Shown here: in pieces, positions 1-9,607 of the stretch
Layout: each line of letters opens with the position of its first letter
Position numbering within the stretch: the first letter of the stretch is position 1
NCBI GenBank assembly: GCA_024687745.1
Contig: JAILEM010000013.1
Location: forward strand, 559-64,558
Length of the DNA: 64,000 nt
Reading direction: 5' to 3'
Source of the DNA: Lachnospiraceae bacterium
Lineage (GTDB): Bacteria > Bacillota > Clostridia > Lachnospirales > Lachnospiraceae
Made by a program: the position numbers and the translations under genes
The notes under the pieces: generated by a model
What the model was told of the DNA's origin: nothing
Database searches by the model: none
Seen by the model: the letters and a program-made list of their open reading frames with translations, nothing else

Positions 1-1416
1 TTTGTTATAGTCGCCTATCTGGATAATGAAAAATATGCGCAAATAGAATTTGGTGAAGACGGAAATCCGATACAGGTAGATATGTTCCATAAGGAAAGAC
101 TGATAAGGACAAACTACTATGATGACAGGGGATTCCTTTCCTCGACAGTCAAATATGAAAACGATAAAGAAGTAATACAGGATTATCTTATGGATAATGG
201 TATATGGAAACTCAGACAGTATTTGGACGACGGTCATGTGGAAATAAACCCTGATTACAGAAATTATCTGATCCAATATGAGGGCAGGGATTACAGGTAT
301 GAGTTCAAGGAGTTATCCTATAATGATCTTGATTCCGTGATAAGAGAGGTTTTGACTGCTTATATAAGAAAGACTGATTATGACGATATATTCTGTGCGG
401 CTATGCACGAAAGACATCTATCCATCCTAAGGAGAGCATTATGGGATAAGAAGAAGGTATTGTCCTTTTTTGAAGACAGGGTGGATATAGACAGGAATAA
501 GAAGATATACTGTATCATGAAAAAAGCAGATTTCATAATAGCCGATTCCAAGCTAAGTGTATCGAAGATAAAGACTCGCTTCAGAAATATAGACAGGGAA
601 AGAATAATTGATATCACGCCCTATGATTCCAGGGTGGATTTTGGTATAAGTCAGCAGCTGAACGTCCAGAAGATACTTTTTCCTATCGATGGACTCCCGG
701 ATAAGATATTCAGGCGTACTATAATTATATTTGCAGAGTATCTGAAAAAAAATCCCCATGCTGAGATCGATATACTCACCCGCCTGTCAGACTATAATCT
801 CAAAAGTGATACGATGAAACGTATAAGTAAAGTATTAAAGAGGGCAGTCAGTAAGGAAGAGTGGGAAAAATACAATGAAATGCAGAAAGTAGATCTTAAG
901 GGTGAGAATGGCATAATAGACGAAATAGAAGCTGCAGGGGAAACAGAGAAACTTTATAGCCGTTTTATAGTTAATCAATGTGTGGATGAGCTGTCGGTAA
1001 GTAAATGTATGAGAGAGCAGAGGATCATGGTAGATCTTAGAAGTATTCCGGCACTTTACCTTCAGATATCCTGTATAAGCACCGGAATTCCCCAGATAGT
1101 CAGGCGAAAGACCGAATATGTCGAAAATGGAAAGAATGGTTATATAATTAAAGATGTCGACGAACTTCCCAAAGTACTTGACTTTTGTCTTGACGGGTTG
1201 AAAAACTGGAATGATGCAATGATCAATGCTTATGAACTGGGAAAATATTACACTACTGAAAACATTCTTGAGAAATGGAGAGGAGTTATAGAAACTATTG
1301 GAAAAGATAAGGGTGTTACAGACGGGAAGCAGGAACCTGAAGACGGAGTACAGGATATCGGATATGGCGGAATGGATATATCTTCCGTCGATGAAGAGTC
1401 AGAAGATACCGTCTAA
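1..1416 (+). CDS. asp1: accessory Sec system protein Asp1 (5' end outside the window)
   Basis: Frame 1 is open from nt 1, so the ORF-track Met at 82 is internal. It sits directly upstream of asp2-asp3-secA2-gtfA-gtfB, the canonical aSec order. No catalytic motif was checked, so the call rests on position and size. Confidence 0.7.
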   Translation, partial: FVIVAYLDNEKYAQIEFGEDGNPIQVDMFHKERLIRTNYYDDRGFLSSTVKYENDKEVIQDYLMDNGIWKLRQYLDDGHVEINPDYRNYLIQYEGRDYRYEFKELSYNDLDSVIREVLTAYIRKTDYDDIFCAAMHERHLSILRRALWDKKKVLSFFEDRVDIDRNKKIYCIMKKADFIIADSKLSVSKIKTRFRNIDRERIIDITPYDSRVDFGISQQLNVQKILFPIDGLPDKIFRRTIIIFAEYLKKNPHAEIDILTRLSDYNLKSDTMKRISKVLKRAVSKEEWEKYNEMQKVDLKGENGIIDEIEAAGETEKLYSRFIVNQCVDELSVSKCMREQRIMVDLRSIPALYLQISCISTGIPQIVRRKTEYVENGKNGYIIKDVDELPKVLDFCLDGLKNWNDAMINAYELGKYYTTENILEKWRGVIETIGKDKGVTDGKQEPEDGVQDIGYGGMDISSVDEESEDTV

Positions 1417-2812
1417 ATTATATGATATAGCGATAATAGATTCTACACCTGATGAGGAAGAACTTGATTATATAGAAAAAACAGTTAATCCTTACACACT
1501 TTTTATAACCTCACGGGTCGAACTAAGGGGTAAATTTATCGGGCTTTATACAAGGAGATTTGGCAAAAGGATCGAAGAGTCTGAACTTGGAGAGTTTTTA
1601 TTAAAGGATATAGAGCTTTTCTTTTCCAATGGGTACGGGGAGAAATTCAGGTTTAAAAATCTTGCCGTTTCTTCAAACTATAAGGGAAGTGTGAAATATA
1701 CCGGAAACAATAAGCTTATCCTTAACGGCGATTACGGGGAAAGGTTAGGACAGATAGCTTTCTGGAGAAATAATATTCCTGTAAAAAAGAAGCAGCTGAT
1801 CGATCTGTGGCTTGAATATGATAAGGATCCGGGAGTGGAGATAGCTCTTCAGGTCACAATGTTTGCCACAGGAAGCATCTCAAGAGTACTTAAGAAATGG
1901 GAGTTTAGTGAGGAAGAGCTTGAGGAGGTAGTCTATATTGAAAATAATATTGCCAACGGAAATATATTTATATCTCTTCTTGCAAAGGGCAGCGGAAGGC
2001 TTGAGATAATAGCATTAAATGACAGATACTCCAGAGGTAAATACGGTTACTTCATACCGGGTGGTGAGAGACATGTAACATCTTCAAAGGAGGAAGCATT
2101 TTTCTTTTTTGATCCGGGAGATATGAAGCCTCCTTTGAATATTTATTTTTCCGGATATAAGACAATGCAGAGCTTTGAAGGATACTACTTCATAAAAAAA
2201 ATGGGGTGTCCCTTCTTACTGATAACAGAACCAAGGATCGAGGGTGGCAGCTTTTATATGGGCGATGAAGAATATGAAAGTATGATCGTTTCATCAATAA
2301 AGGGGTATATCAAAAAACTCAGATTTACCGAAAAGGATGTCATAATGTCCGGACTGTCGATGGGAACTTATGGCGCAATGTATTACGGATGCGATATAAG
2401 GCCATATGCAGTCATAATAGGGAAGCCTCTTGCAAGTATCGGAAATGTAGCACTTAACGAAAGACTGTACAGGCCGGGGGGATTTCCAACTTCGCTTGAT
2501 GTTCTTATGAAGATAGAGGGAAGCTGTGATGACGAAGCAATAGAAAGACTGAACAGAAAATTCTGGGATAAATTTGAGGCTGCTGACTGGAGCCATACAA
2601 GGTTTGTCATATCATATATGGTAGAAGATGATTATGATCTTACTGCTTACAGGGATATACTGTCCCATTTAGACGATACAGGTGTGGAAGTATACGGTAA
2701 GGGACTGCATGGAAGGCATAATGACAATACCAGAGGAATAGTGTCCTGGTTTTCAAGTCAGTATAAAAAGATCATAGATGAGGATTTTGGCAGGGGGATT
2801 AGTCAGGGATGA
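1298..2812 (+). CDS. asp2: accessory Sec system protein Asp2 (Ser-hydrolase/O-acetyltransferase fold)
   Basis: 504 aa. The N-terminus MEKIRVLQTG resembles the Asp2 N-termini I recall. A GxSxG nucleophile motif (SGLSMGTYG) is present. The start is TTG and overlaps asp1 by 119 nt; in-frame ATGs at 1364 and 1391 are alternatives. The stop overlaps the asp3 start (ATGA). Confidence 0.8.
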   Translation: MEKIRVLQTGSRNLKTEYRISDMAEWIYLPSMKSQKIPSKLYDIAIIDSTPDEEELDYIEKTVNPYTLFITSRVELRGKFIGLYTRRFGKRIEESELGEFLLKDIELFFSNGYGEKFRFKNLAVSSNYKGSVKYTGNNKLILNGDYGERLGQIAFWRNNIPVKKKQLIDLWLEYDKDPGVEIALQVTMFATGSISRVLKKWEFSEEELEEVVYIENNIANGNIFISLLAKGSGRLEIIALNDRYSRGKYGYFIPGGERHVTSSKEEAFFFFDPGDMKPPLNIYFSGYKTMQSFEGYYFIKKMGCPFLLITEPRIEGGSFYMGDEEYESMIVSSIKGYIKKLRFTEKDVIMSGLSMGTYGAMYYGCDIRPYAVIIGKPLASIGNVALNERLYRPGGFPTSLDVLMKIEGSCDDEAIERLNRKFWDKFEAADWSHTRFVISYMVEDDYDLTAYRDILSHLDDTGVEVYGKGLHGRHNDNTRGIVSWFSSQYKKIIDEDFGRGISQG

Positions 2813-3243
2813 TTTTAGGCAGTTGGCGTATATATTGGAATGAGTACTCTGCGGAGACATATCTTTACGGGGCTGAGGTGACTATCCATAATAAGGAAGA
2901 TGTGGAATACAGAAATATCCTGATGCCGCCGGGAACAGTCATAAAGCAGTGGTTTTCTGCCACCAATTATCAGATGCAGAAGATAGAGCCGGCTCTTCCC
3001 ATAATAGACGGAGAGAGTAAATACCACATAATTCTTAATATAGACGGAGTGGAAGAGGCAATAGTCCGACTTGTCTTTCTTGACCGGTACGGGCAGGAGG
3101 CAGGTATTACCATAGTAAGGGGAAACGAGATGGATTTTAAGTGTCCCCTAAAAACCTACAGCTATAAGATGCAGCTTATAAACGGCGGAGGATCATATTT
3201 CAGATTCCATTATATAACTATCCAGGAAATTACAGATGAATGA
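2809..3243 (+). CDS. asp3: accessory Sec system protein Asp3
   Basis: 144 aa, the expected size and position between asp2 and secA2. ATGA and ATGAATGA overlaps indicate translational coupling on both sides. Confidence 0.7.
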   Translation: MILGSWRIYWNEYSAETYLYGAEVTIHNKEDVEYRNILMPPGTVIKQWFSATNYQMQKIEPALPIIDGESKYHIILNIDGVEEAIVRLVFLDRYGQEAGITIVRGNEMDFKCPLKTYSYKMQLINGGGSYFRFHYITIQEITDE

Positions 3244-5572
3244 GTTGAGCAGTCTGAAAAAACTGAATAAGCTTACAAAGCTCGTAAGAAAGCAGTGCAG
3301 AAGATATGCCTATCTTGAAGATCATGAGCTTGCAGAGCTTACCGATAGATTCAGGGAACGGCTTGAAAACGGAGAAACCCTTGATGATGTCATGATAGAG
3401 GCTTTTGCGGCAATGTGTGAGGCAGACAGAAGGATCCTTGGGAAAATGCCCTATGATGTACAGATAATAGGGGGAATGGCCATACATCAGGGATATCTTT
3501 GCGAGATGAATACCGGAGAGGGAAAGACGCTTATGGCTACTTTGCCGCTTTATCTGAATGCGCTGTCCGGAAAGAGCTGTATACTTGTAACTGCAAATGA
3601 ACACCTTGCATACAGGGATGCAAAGGAGATGGGTGAGGCCTTTAACTTTATGGGACTGACTGTTATGGCAGGTGTAAGGGAGAAGTCAGATGAGCAGTTC
3701 ACAAATGATGAGAAGAAGGAAATATATGCGGCAGACATAGTATATACTACTCATGGTACTCTGGGGTTTGATTATCTTTTCAATAACCTGGTCAAATCGG
3801 CAGATGAAAGGTTCTTAAGAGAGTTTTATTTCTGCATAATCGATGAGGCAGATTCCGTTCTTCTCGATGCGGCGCAGATGCCGCTGGTTATATCGGGATC
3901 TCCAAGAGTGCAGTCTAACCTGTACAGCCTTGCGGATTTTTTTGCAAGGACACTGAAAGAAAATGAGGATTATATAAAAGAGGAAAAGATAGTATATCTG
4001 ACAGATAAGGGTGTAAAGAGAGCAGAAGATTTTTTCAGGATAGATAATTTTTACGGGAAGGAGTTTTTTGAGATAAACAGGCATGTGATACTTGCCCTGC
4101 GTGCCCATGCACTTCTTGAGACAGAGAGAGATTACGTTGTATCGGAACAGGGGGAGATAGTCCTTCTGGATAACGGATCGGGAAGGATGATGCCCGGAGT
4201 AAAATTAAGAGGAGGTCAGCATCAGGCTCTTGAGATAAAGGAGGATATAGAGGCTTCGCAGGAGAACAGATCAGTAGCCTCGATCACATACCAGAACCTG
4301 TTTATGCTGTTTCCCAAAATGGCGGGGATGAGCGGAACGATTTCCGATGCCTCGGAGGAACTTCTCAATGTGTACCATAAAAGGGTCCTTGTTATTCCAC
4401 CAAACAAACCTCTCGCCAGGATAGATCACAGAGACCGTTTTTACAAAACTGCAGAGGAACAGTTTTCTGCTGCCATAGATGAGGTACTTAAGATACATAA
4501 GACAGGGCAGCCTGTACTTGTGGTTACTTCTACTATCGGAGAAACAGAGTTGATATCCGAGGTACTGGTAAGCTATGCCATTCCGCACAGCGTACTGAAC
4601 GCCAATAACGCATATTGGGAAGCAGAGATAATAAAGGAGGCGGGCCGGCTAAATGCGGTAACAGTTGCTACATCAATGGCGGGAAGGGGAACCGATATAA
4701 AACTTGGAGAGGGAGTGGCAAAACTCGGAGGGCTTGCAGTTATCGGAATCGGACGTATGCCAAATATCAGGATAGAAAGACAGGCAAGAGGAAGATCAGG
4801 CAGACAGGGTGATCCCGGAAGCAGCAGATTTTATGTTTCTCTTGAGGATGAGATATTTTTGAACAGCATTGATGAGAAGACAAAACAGAAGTTTCGTGAA
4901 AAAAAATACCTATTTCCCTTCAGGATAAAGAAGCTTGTCAATAATGCACAGAAGATCGGGGAAGAACAGGCAGTGATCACAAGGCTTAAGGCAACAGCCT
5001 ATGATGAAGTCCTGCAAAAACAGAGGAGTATAATGTATTCCATAAGAAATGATCTTCTTGACGGAGAGAAGATCGACAGTGATATGATCAGGAATATAGC
5101 AAAGAAAAACGTGGATGTTTTTTTGGATGAAAATCCTGTAATGAACTCCTCAGAGCTGAACAGATATATACTGGATAATATAAGCTATGAGCTCAACGTG
5201 GGGCTAAGTGAGTCGGAAATAAACGACAGAGACCGGATAAGAGAATATCTCCTTGAAAGAATAGATGACAGTATCCTGAAAAAAGAGAAAAGGATAGATA
5301 ATGAAGCTTTACTGGAAGAGTTTTACAGAAAAGCTTCTCTTTTTGCCATAGATGATGCGTGGGTTGAGCAGGTTGATTATCTTCAGCAGCTTCAGTCAGC
5401 TGTTGCGGGACGAACTACCGCACAGCGTAACTCGATATTTGAATTCCATAAAGAAGCTTTTGTTTCGTTTAATGATATGAAGAATGAAATACTGAAGAAT
5501 ATAATGCGCAATATTCTTCTTTGCGACATTGAATTTGATAAGGAAGGAAAGCTTTCATTAGTATATCCTTAA
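3236..5572 (+). CDS. secA2: accessory Sec translocase ATPase SecA2
   Basis: 778 aa. SecA motor motifs are present: MNTGEGKTL (Walker A), IIDEADSVLLD (DEAD) and TSMAGRGTDIKLG. The SecA2-type length and the asp/gtf flanks support SecA2 rather than SecA. Confidence 0.9.
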   Translation: MNELSSLKKLNKLTKLVRKQCRRYAYLEDHELAELTDRFRERLENGETLDDVMIEAFAAMCEADRRILGKMPYDVQIIGGMAIHQGYLCEMNTGEGKTLMATLPLYLNALSGKSCILVTANEHLAYRDAKEMGEAFNFMGLTVMAGVREKSDEQFTNDEKKEIYAADIVYTTHGTLGFDYLFNNLVKSADERFLREFYFCIIDEADSVLLDAAQMPLVISGSPRVQSNLYSLADFFARTLKENEDYIKEEKIVYLTDKGVKRAEDFFRIDNFYGKEFFEINRHVILALRAHALLETERDYVVSEQGEIVLLDNGSGRMMPGVKLRGGQHQALEIKEDIEASQENRSVASITYQNLFMLFPKMAGMSGTISDASEELLNVYHKRVLVIPPNKPLARIDHRDRFYKTAEEQFSAAIDEVLKIHKTGQPVLVVTSTIGETELISEVLVSYAIPHSVLNANNAYWEAEIIKEAGRLNAVTVATSMAGRGTDIKLGEGVAKLGGLAVIGIGRMPNIRIERQARGRSGRQGDPGSSRFYVSLEDEIFLNSIDEKTKQKFREKKYLFPFRIKKLVNNAQKIGEEQAVITRLKATAYDEVLQKQRSIMYSIRNDLLDGEKIDSDMIRNIAKKNVDVFLDENPVMNSSELNRYILDNISYELNVGLSESEINDRDRIREYLLERIDDSILKKEKRIDNEALLEEFYRKASLFAIDDAWVEQVDYLQQLQSAVAGRTTAQRNSIFEFHKEAFVSFNDMKNEILKNIMRNILLCDIEFDKEGKLSLVYP

Positions 5573-5584
5573 GGGAGAAGGAAT

Positions 5585-7095
5585 ATGGTATATAACTTTA
5601 ATCTGGGAATTGGATGGGCAAGCAGCGGTGTTGAGTATGCTCAGAGCTATAGAGCCAATATCTTCAGACGGATCGGCATAGATGCTAAATTTATATTTAC
5701 GGATATGTTCCCGAGAGACAATATCGAGCATATGACAAAGAATATAGGATTTCATGATTCTGAGGTGCTTTGGCTGTATACATTCTTTACGGACGTTAAG
5801 ATATCCCCTGTTACCTATGAAAGGAGCGATTTTGAAAAGACCTTCGACCGTAGTGAATTTTCATACAGAAGAGAGGGTAAGACGGGTGTTTATGATTTTC
5901 CCGGAAAGGGAAATTTTTATAAGGTATATTTTCCCGATGAAACATCGGAAAAGGTTCACCGTGTTGAGTTTGTTTCAAACGGATGCCTTATAAGAAAGGA
6001 CTATTACACATATACGAAGATATATACCGAGTATTATGCCCCTATGAAAAAAAGGCACACCTCTACATGAGGAGATTTTTTAACGAGGACGGGAGTCTGG
6101 CTTATGACGAGATAAATGACGATGAAAATGTTATGTACCGTTTCAGGGACAGGATCCTTTACTCGAAGGAGGAGCTTGTGGGATATATGGTCGAGCAACT
6201 TGATCTTACCGAAAATGATGTCCTTATAAACGACAGAACAACAGGCATCGGACAGGCTATCCTCCAAAAAAAGGGAAGGGCGAAAACGGGTATAGTGATA
6301 CATGCCGATCATTTCAGTGAGAACTCTGTGTATGACAATGAGATCCTCTGGAATAATTACTACGAATACGCTTTTTCACAGACAGATAATATAGATTTCT
6401 ATGTATGTGCAACGGATGCACAGAATAAACTGCTGAGGGAACAGTTTGCAAAATACAGAGGTTTTGAACCGAATGTGGTCACAATACCGGTAGGGAGTAT
6501 CGATGCTTTAAAATATCCATCGGATAAGGGTAGAAAGCCGTACTCACTGATAACCGCTTCAAGGCTTGCCAATGAGAAGCATGTTGACTGGGTGATAGAG
6601 GCAGTTACCCTGGCAAGACAAAAATGCAAAGGATTAAGTCTGGATATTTACGGTAAGGGTGCAGAGGAGGAAAGACTCAAAGAAAAGGCTAAAAAGCTTG
6701 GTGCTGAAGATTATATTCATCTGATGGGACAGAGGGATATGAAAGAGGTGTATAAGGATTATGAATGTTATGTATCAGGGTCGACAAGCGAGGGCTTTGG
6801 ACTTTCACTTCTTGAGGCCATAGGTTCGGGGCTTCCCATCATAGGATTCAATGTCAGATACGGTAATCAGACCTTTATAGACGATGGCAGAAACGGTTAT
6901 CTTATCTCCTATGAGAGGGGATCGGATTCAAAACGATGTATAAAAAAAATGGCGGAAGCGATAGTTAAGATGTTTGAAGAGGAAAGCCCTGAGGATTTCC
7001 ATAAGCATTCTTACGAAACCGCATCGAAATACCTGACAAAGGAGGTTGAAGGAAAATGGCAGAGGCTGATAACAGATCTTGTATCATCCTGTTGA
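5585..7095 (+). pseudogene. gtfA: aSec glycosyltransferase GtfA, reading frame broken at an A7 tract (ORFs 5585-6070 and 5983-7095)
   Basis: The N-terminal ORF begins MVYNFNLGIGWASSGVEYAQSYR, typical of GtfA. The C-terminal ORF continues AHLYMRRFFNEDGS...GFGLSLLEA (GT4/GT-B). The two frames join if A7 (6047-6053) were A8, or after a -1 slip. Confidence 0.85.
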
Positions 7096-8426
7096 TGGAC
7101 CGCTACGGGGAAGAATCAAAGCAGCTCTGCTATTCCCTTAAGAGAGCCGGTATTTTATATAAAGGTGTCGTTATAGATGATGACGGTTTTTTGGAGGCTG
7201 ATATCGAATCGCCGTACGGATTCTTTTTGGGAGATTATAAAAATGCAAAGGGAAGTCCCGGGAGACCGAGATATTTTAACAGGGTAGAGGTTCCGAAATT
7301 CTGGGAGATAAGCGCAAATAACAGGAGCGGAAAGATATCTGACCTCTCTAAGGAGAGAGGGAGGATTTTTTATGCTGAGCCTCTGAATAAAAGGCTTGTC
7401 AATGCAGTTGACTGGCTTGATGAGAAGGGGGTAGTAAGGTCTACGGATCATTACAACAGATACGGAATGCTTTTTTCAAGGACTGCATTTAATAAAAAGG
7501 GGGAAAGAGTCAACCGGTCTTATTTTTCACCGGATGAAAAAGAGATACTTACCGAAAATTATGTTACGGGAGATATAACCCTAAATTACAGGGACAGAAT
7601 ATATTTTTTCAGAAACAAAACCGAACTTATCTGTTTCTATCTAAAGGAAGCGGGTTATGAAAACTGTGATATATATTATAATTCTCTCTCATATCCTTTC
7701 TTTGTTTCTGAGAGGATGGAGGGAGAACATAAGGATAATATACTTTTCTGGCAGGAGCCTGTGGGAAATGAGATACCCGGTAACATGAGGATGATCTTAA
7801 ATGCCCCTGATGGAAGGACTAAGAGGATAATGGTACAGAAGCGGACTTCGTATGAAAAGCTATTGAGACTGGGTGCAAAAAAAGATATGCTTTGTTTACT
7901 TGGTTATATCTATCCGTTTACCGGGAAAAACCTCCATGGCAATAATGTCCTGATATGTACGAATTCCGATAACATAGCCTGCTTAGGAGAGCTTGTCGAA
8001 GGATTACCCGGGCTTCATTTTCATATTGCGGCACTGACTGAAATGTCATCCCGGCTGATGGCTTATGAGGATAATGAAAATGTAACCCTTTATCCCGGGA
8101 TAGATATGATAAGGCTTGAAGGACTCTTTAGGAAATGTGATATATATTTTGATATAAATCATGAGGCAGAGATAGTATCAGCCATCAAGAGGGCTTTTTT
8201 GGCAAATATGCTTATTTTTGCATTTAAAGAAACTCTTCATAATGCCGAATTTGTCATTCCATCCCATATTTTTACGAAAAATGCCCCAAAAGAGTTTATA
8301 ACCTGTGTTAAGGATATGATATCAACAGAAAAAAAGATAGACGAAGAGATAGAAAAACAGCATGAATTTGCCTTAAGTGAAGCCCCGGGTTCATATCTGA
8401 TGATCAAAAGCCGTAATAATTCTTGA
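7095..8426 (+). CDS. gtfB: aSec glycosylation chaperone GtfB
   Basis: ~443 aa immediately after gtfA. The ATG overlaps the gtfA stop (TGATG). The track start at 7056 would give a 40-nt overlap. Called from position and size, with a DDDGFL motif near the N-terminus. Confidence 0.75.
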   Translation: MDRYGEESKQLCYSLKRAGILYKGVVIDDDGFLEADIESPYGFFLGDYKNAKGSPGRPRYFNRVEVPKFWEISANNRSGKISDLSKERGRIFYAEPLNKRLVNAVDWLDEKGVVRSTDHYNRYGMLFSRTAFNKKGERVNRSYFSPDEKEILTENYVTGDITLNYRDRIYFFRNKTELICFYLKEAGYENCDIYYNSLSYPFFVSERMEGEHKDNILFWQEPVGNEIPGNMRMILNAPDGRTKRIMVQKRTSYEKLLRLGAKKDMLCLLGYIYPFTGKNLHGNNVLICTNSDNIACLGELVEGLPGLHFHIAALTEMSSRLMAYEDNENVTLYPGIDMIRLEGLFRKCDIYFDINHEAEIVSAIKRAFLANMLIFAFKETLHNAEFVIPSHIFTKNAPKEFITCVKDMISTEKKIDEEIEKQHEFALSEAPGSYLMIKSRNNS

Positions 8427-8449
8427 CTTTATACGATATTAAGTATAAT
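8423..8449 (+). promoter_or_regulatory. candidate sigma-A promoter for potABCD
   Basis: TTGACT (8423-8428) and TATAAT (8444-8449), but the spacer is only 15 nt. The -35 overlaps the gtfB stop codon. Confidence 0.35.
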
Positions 8450-8536
8450 TTATTATAAGTTAGCATTTTTATACTGATCATATCGTGTGACTGTTGAAGG
8501 AACAGATGACAGTATTGGTTTTTGGCAGGATAGAAA

Positions 8537-9607
8537 ATGAGCGATGTGATATTGAGGCTTGATGGCATAAGCAAATCCTTTGACGGTAAGCAGGTCATCA
8601 ACAGGCTGGATCTTGAAATAAAGAAAAATGAATTCGTAACACTTCTAGGGCCGTCGGGCTGTGGAAAATCCACCACATTGAGAATAATAGGCGGATTTGA
8701 AAAACCTGATGAGGGCTGTGTTATATTTGAGGGAAAGGATATAACTGCTCTTCCTCCCGACAAGAGACATATCAATACTGTATTCCAGAAATATTCCCTT
8801 TTTCCCCATATGAATGTGGAGGACAATATTGCCTTCGGACTGAAGCTTAAGAAAAAGAGCCGGTCTTATATAAAGGATAAGATCGAGTATGCCCTGGGAC
8901 TTGTCAATATGGACGGCTACGGAAAGAGAATGCCGATGTCGCTTTCCGGGGGACAGCAGCAGAGAGTTGCCATAGCAAGAGCTATAGTTAATGAGCCACA
9001 GATCCTTTTACTGGATGAACCCTTAGGAGCTCTTGATCTTAAGCTCAGGCAGAAGATGCAGCTTGAGCTTATAAAGATCAAAAAAGAGGTGGGGATAACC
9101 TTTGTATATGTTACTCATGATCAGGAGGAAGCCCTGACCATGTCTGACCGTATCATTGTCATGAACAAGGGGATCATTCAGCAGATGGGATCATCGAAGA
9201 GCATATATGATGAACCTCAGAATGCCTTTGTGGCTGATTTTATAGGTGAGAGCAACATCATAGACGGTATCATGAAGAGAGATTGCCTTGTAAATATACA
9301 GGGTGTTGATTTTGAATGTGTTGATGTCGGATTTGGAAAGCTTGAGCCTGTGGATGTTGTAATAAGACCTGAGGATCTTACCATAGTTAAAAGGGGAGAG
9401 GGATATCTTGACGGAACGGTCATATCCGAAGTTTTTAAAGGGGCATTTTATGAGATCGTAGTAAAGGTTTCTGATTATGAATGGCTTATTCAAAGCGTCA
9501 ATCCGGCAGCTGTCGGTTCAATAGTGGGATTGACGATCATTCCCGACAACATACAGATAATGCATAAGCCCATTTCTGAGGATGCGGAGGTCATAAAGGA
9601 TGAATAA
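8537..9607 (+). CDS. potA: spermidine/putrescine ABC transporter ATP-binding protein
   Basis: Walker A GPSGCGKST, signature LSGGQQQRV, Walker B LLLDEPL, and a C-terminal TOBE-like region. Confidence 0.9.
   Translation: MSDVILRLDGISKSFDGKQVINRLDLEIKKNEFVTLLGPSGCGKSTTLRIIGGFEKPDEGCVIFEGKDITALPPDKRHINTVFQKYSLFPHMNVEDNIAFGLKLKKKSRSYIKDKIEYALGLVNMDGYGKRMPMSLSGGQQQRVAIARAIVNEPQILLLDEPLGALDLKLRQKMQLELIKIKKEVGITFVYVTHDQEEALTMSDRIIVMNKGIIQQMGSSKSIYDEPQNAFVADFIGESNIIDGIMKRDCLVNIQGVDFECVDVGFGKLEPVDVVIRPEDLTIVKRGEGYLDGTVISEVFKGAFYEIVVKVSDYEWLIQSVNPAAVGSIVGLTIIPDNIQIMHKPISEDAEVIKDE

Noticed and set aside
5754-5993. Short alternative-frame sense-strand ORFs inside known genes: 5754-5993, 4615-4812, 15303-15488, 21339-21521, 48064-48411 and 61519-61746.
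   Set aside because: They are embedded in well-supported genes (gtfA, secA2, nusA, ribF, hemW, fliG). They have no RBS, and their composition is basic or low complexity, typical of frame-shifted translation of real genes.
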